Source: Wallemia ichthyophaga EXF-994 (taxonomy: Eukaryota > Fungi > Basidiomycota). Taken from it: 32,000 nt of DNA. Location of the stretch: assembly GCF_000400465.1 (NCBI RefSeq), contig NW_008806276.1, forward strand, positions 60,001-92,000. The letters run 5' to 3'. The translations under genes were made by a program, and so were the position numbers. Positions 31,715 to 32,000 of this stretch are shown one piece after another. Every line of letters begins with the position of its first letter. Within the stretch, counting starts at the first letter, position 1. The notes below the pieces were generated by a model. It saw only the letters and a program-made list of their open reading frames with translations. It made no database searches and was not told where the DNA came from.

Positions 31715-32000
31715 ACCTACTATTAGGGTGTGTAGTAAGAGTGTAAGATACAAGAAATTGATATTAGACTGTTCAAAAAGAAACAAGACATTGACTGCCG
31801 CAATTGACATATCTCAAAATCTAGTGAGCGTGCTCGACGGTATAAAATGCGCGTTTTCTTTTAGCAGATTCAAGCAATTGGTACTTTTACATGGCCCAAG
31901 CTATCACTATCGCACGTGTACATGTCAGCATGAAACTTTTAGCTGTACAAGACAATAGAACGTCTAGATATTACCACCTATAGTTATTCATTTTAAGCCT

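Overview
Eukaryotic (fungal) genomic DNA with very short GT-AG introns (about 39-55 nt) and extreme gene packing. This suggests a compact basidiomycete such as Wallemia, but that is inference and the taxon is not verified. The window has three parts. (1) 1-4.9 kb: housekeeping genes (ALG7 3' end, a PAP2 lipid phosphatase, a conserved small coiled-coil protein, ARL2, FYV4/mS41-like, a spartin/senescence-domain protein). (2) About 5-27.3 kb: an accessory island made of tandem copies of a cassette of secreted-protein genes. Copy A (~5998-12251) is almost identical to copy B (~18582-25533), and a third partial copy C lies at 25534-~27255. The cassette holds a Kex2-type KR-repeat peptide precursor, a small coiled-coil ORF, a spliced 95-aa secreted protein, a Cys-containing CSS2/killer-toxin-like protein with a different C-terminus in each of its three copies, and a secreted K/D/H-rich protein whose 87-bp repeat is present 2, 10 and 1 times. 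It also carries an agmatinase-like pseudogene (signal peptide plus HDEL) and an amino-acid permease pseudogene. A Zn2Cys6 factor and an RTA1 exporter occur once, between copies A and B. (3) 28.3-31.7 kb: MDM10 and RRN7, head-to-head with only 23 nt between start codons. All family assignments come from motif recognition by eye; no searches were run. The near-identical copies could in principle be assembly artefacts.
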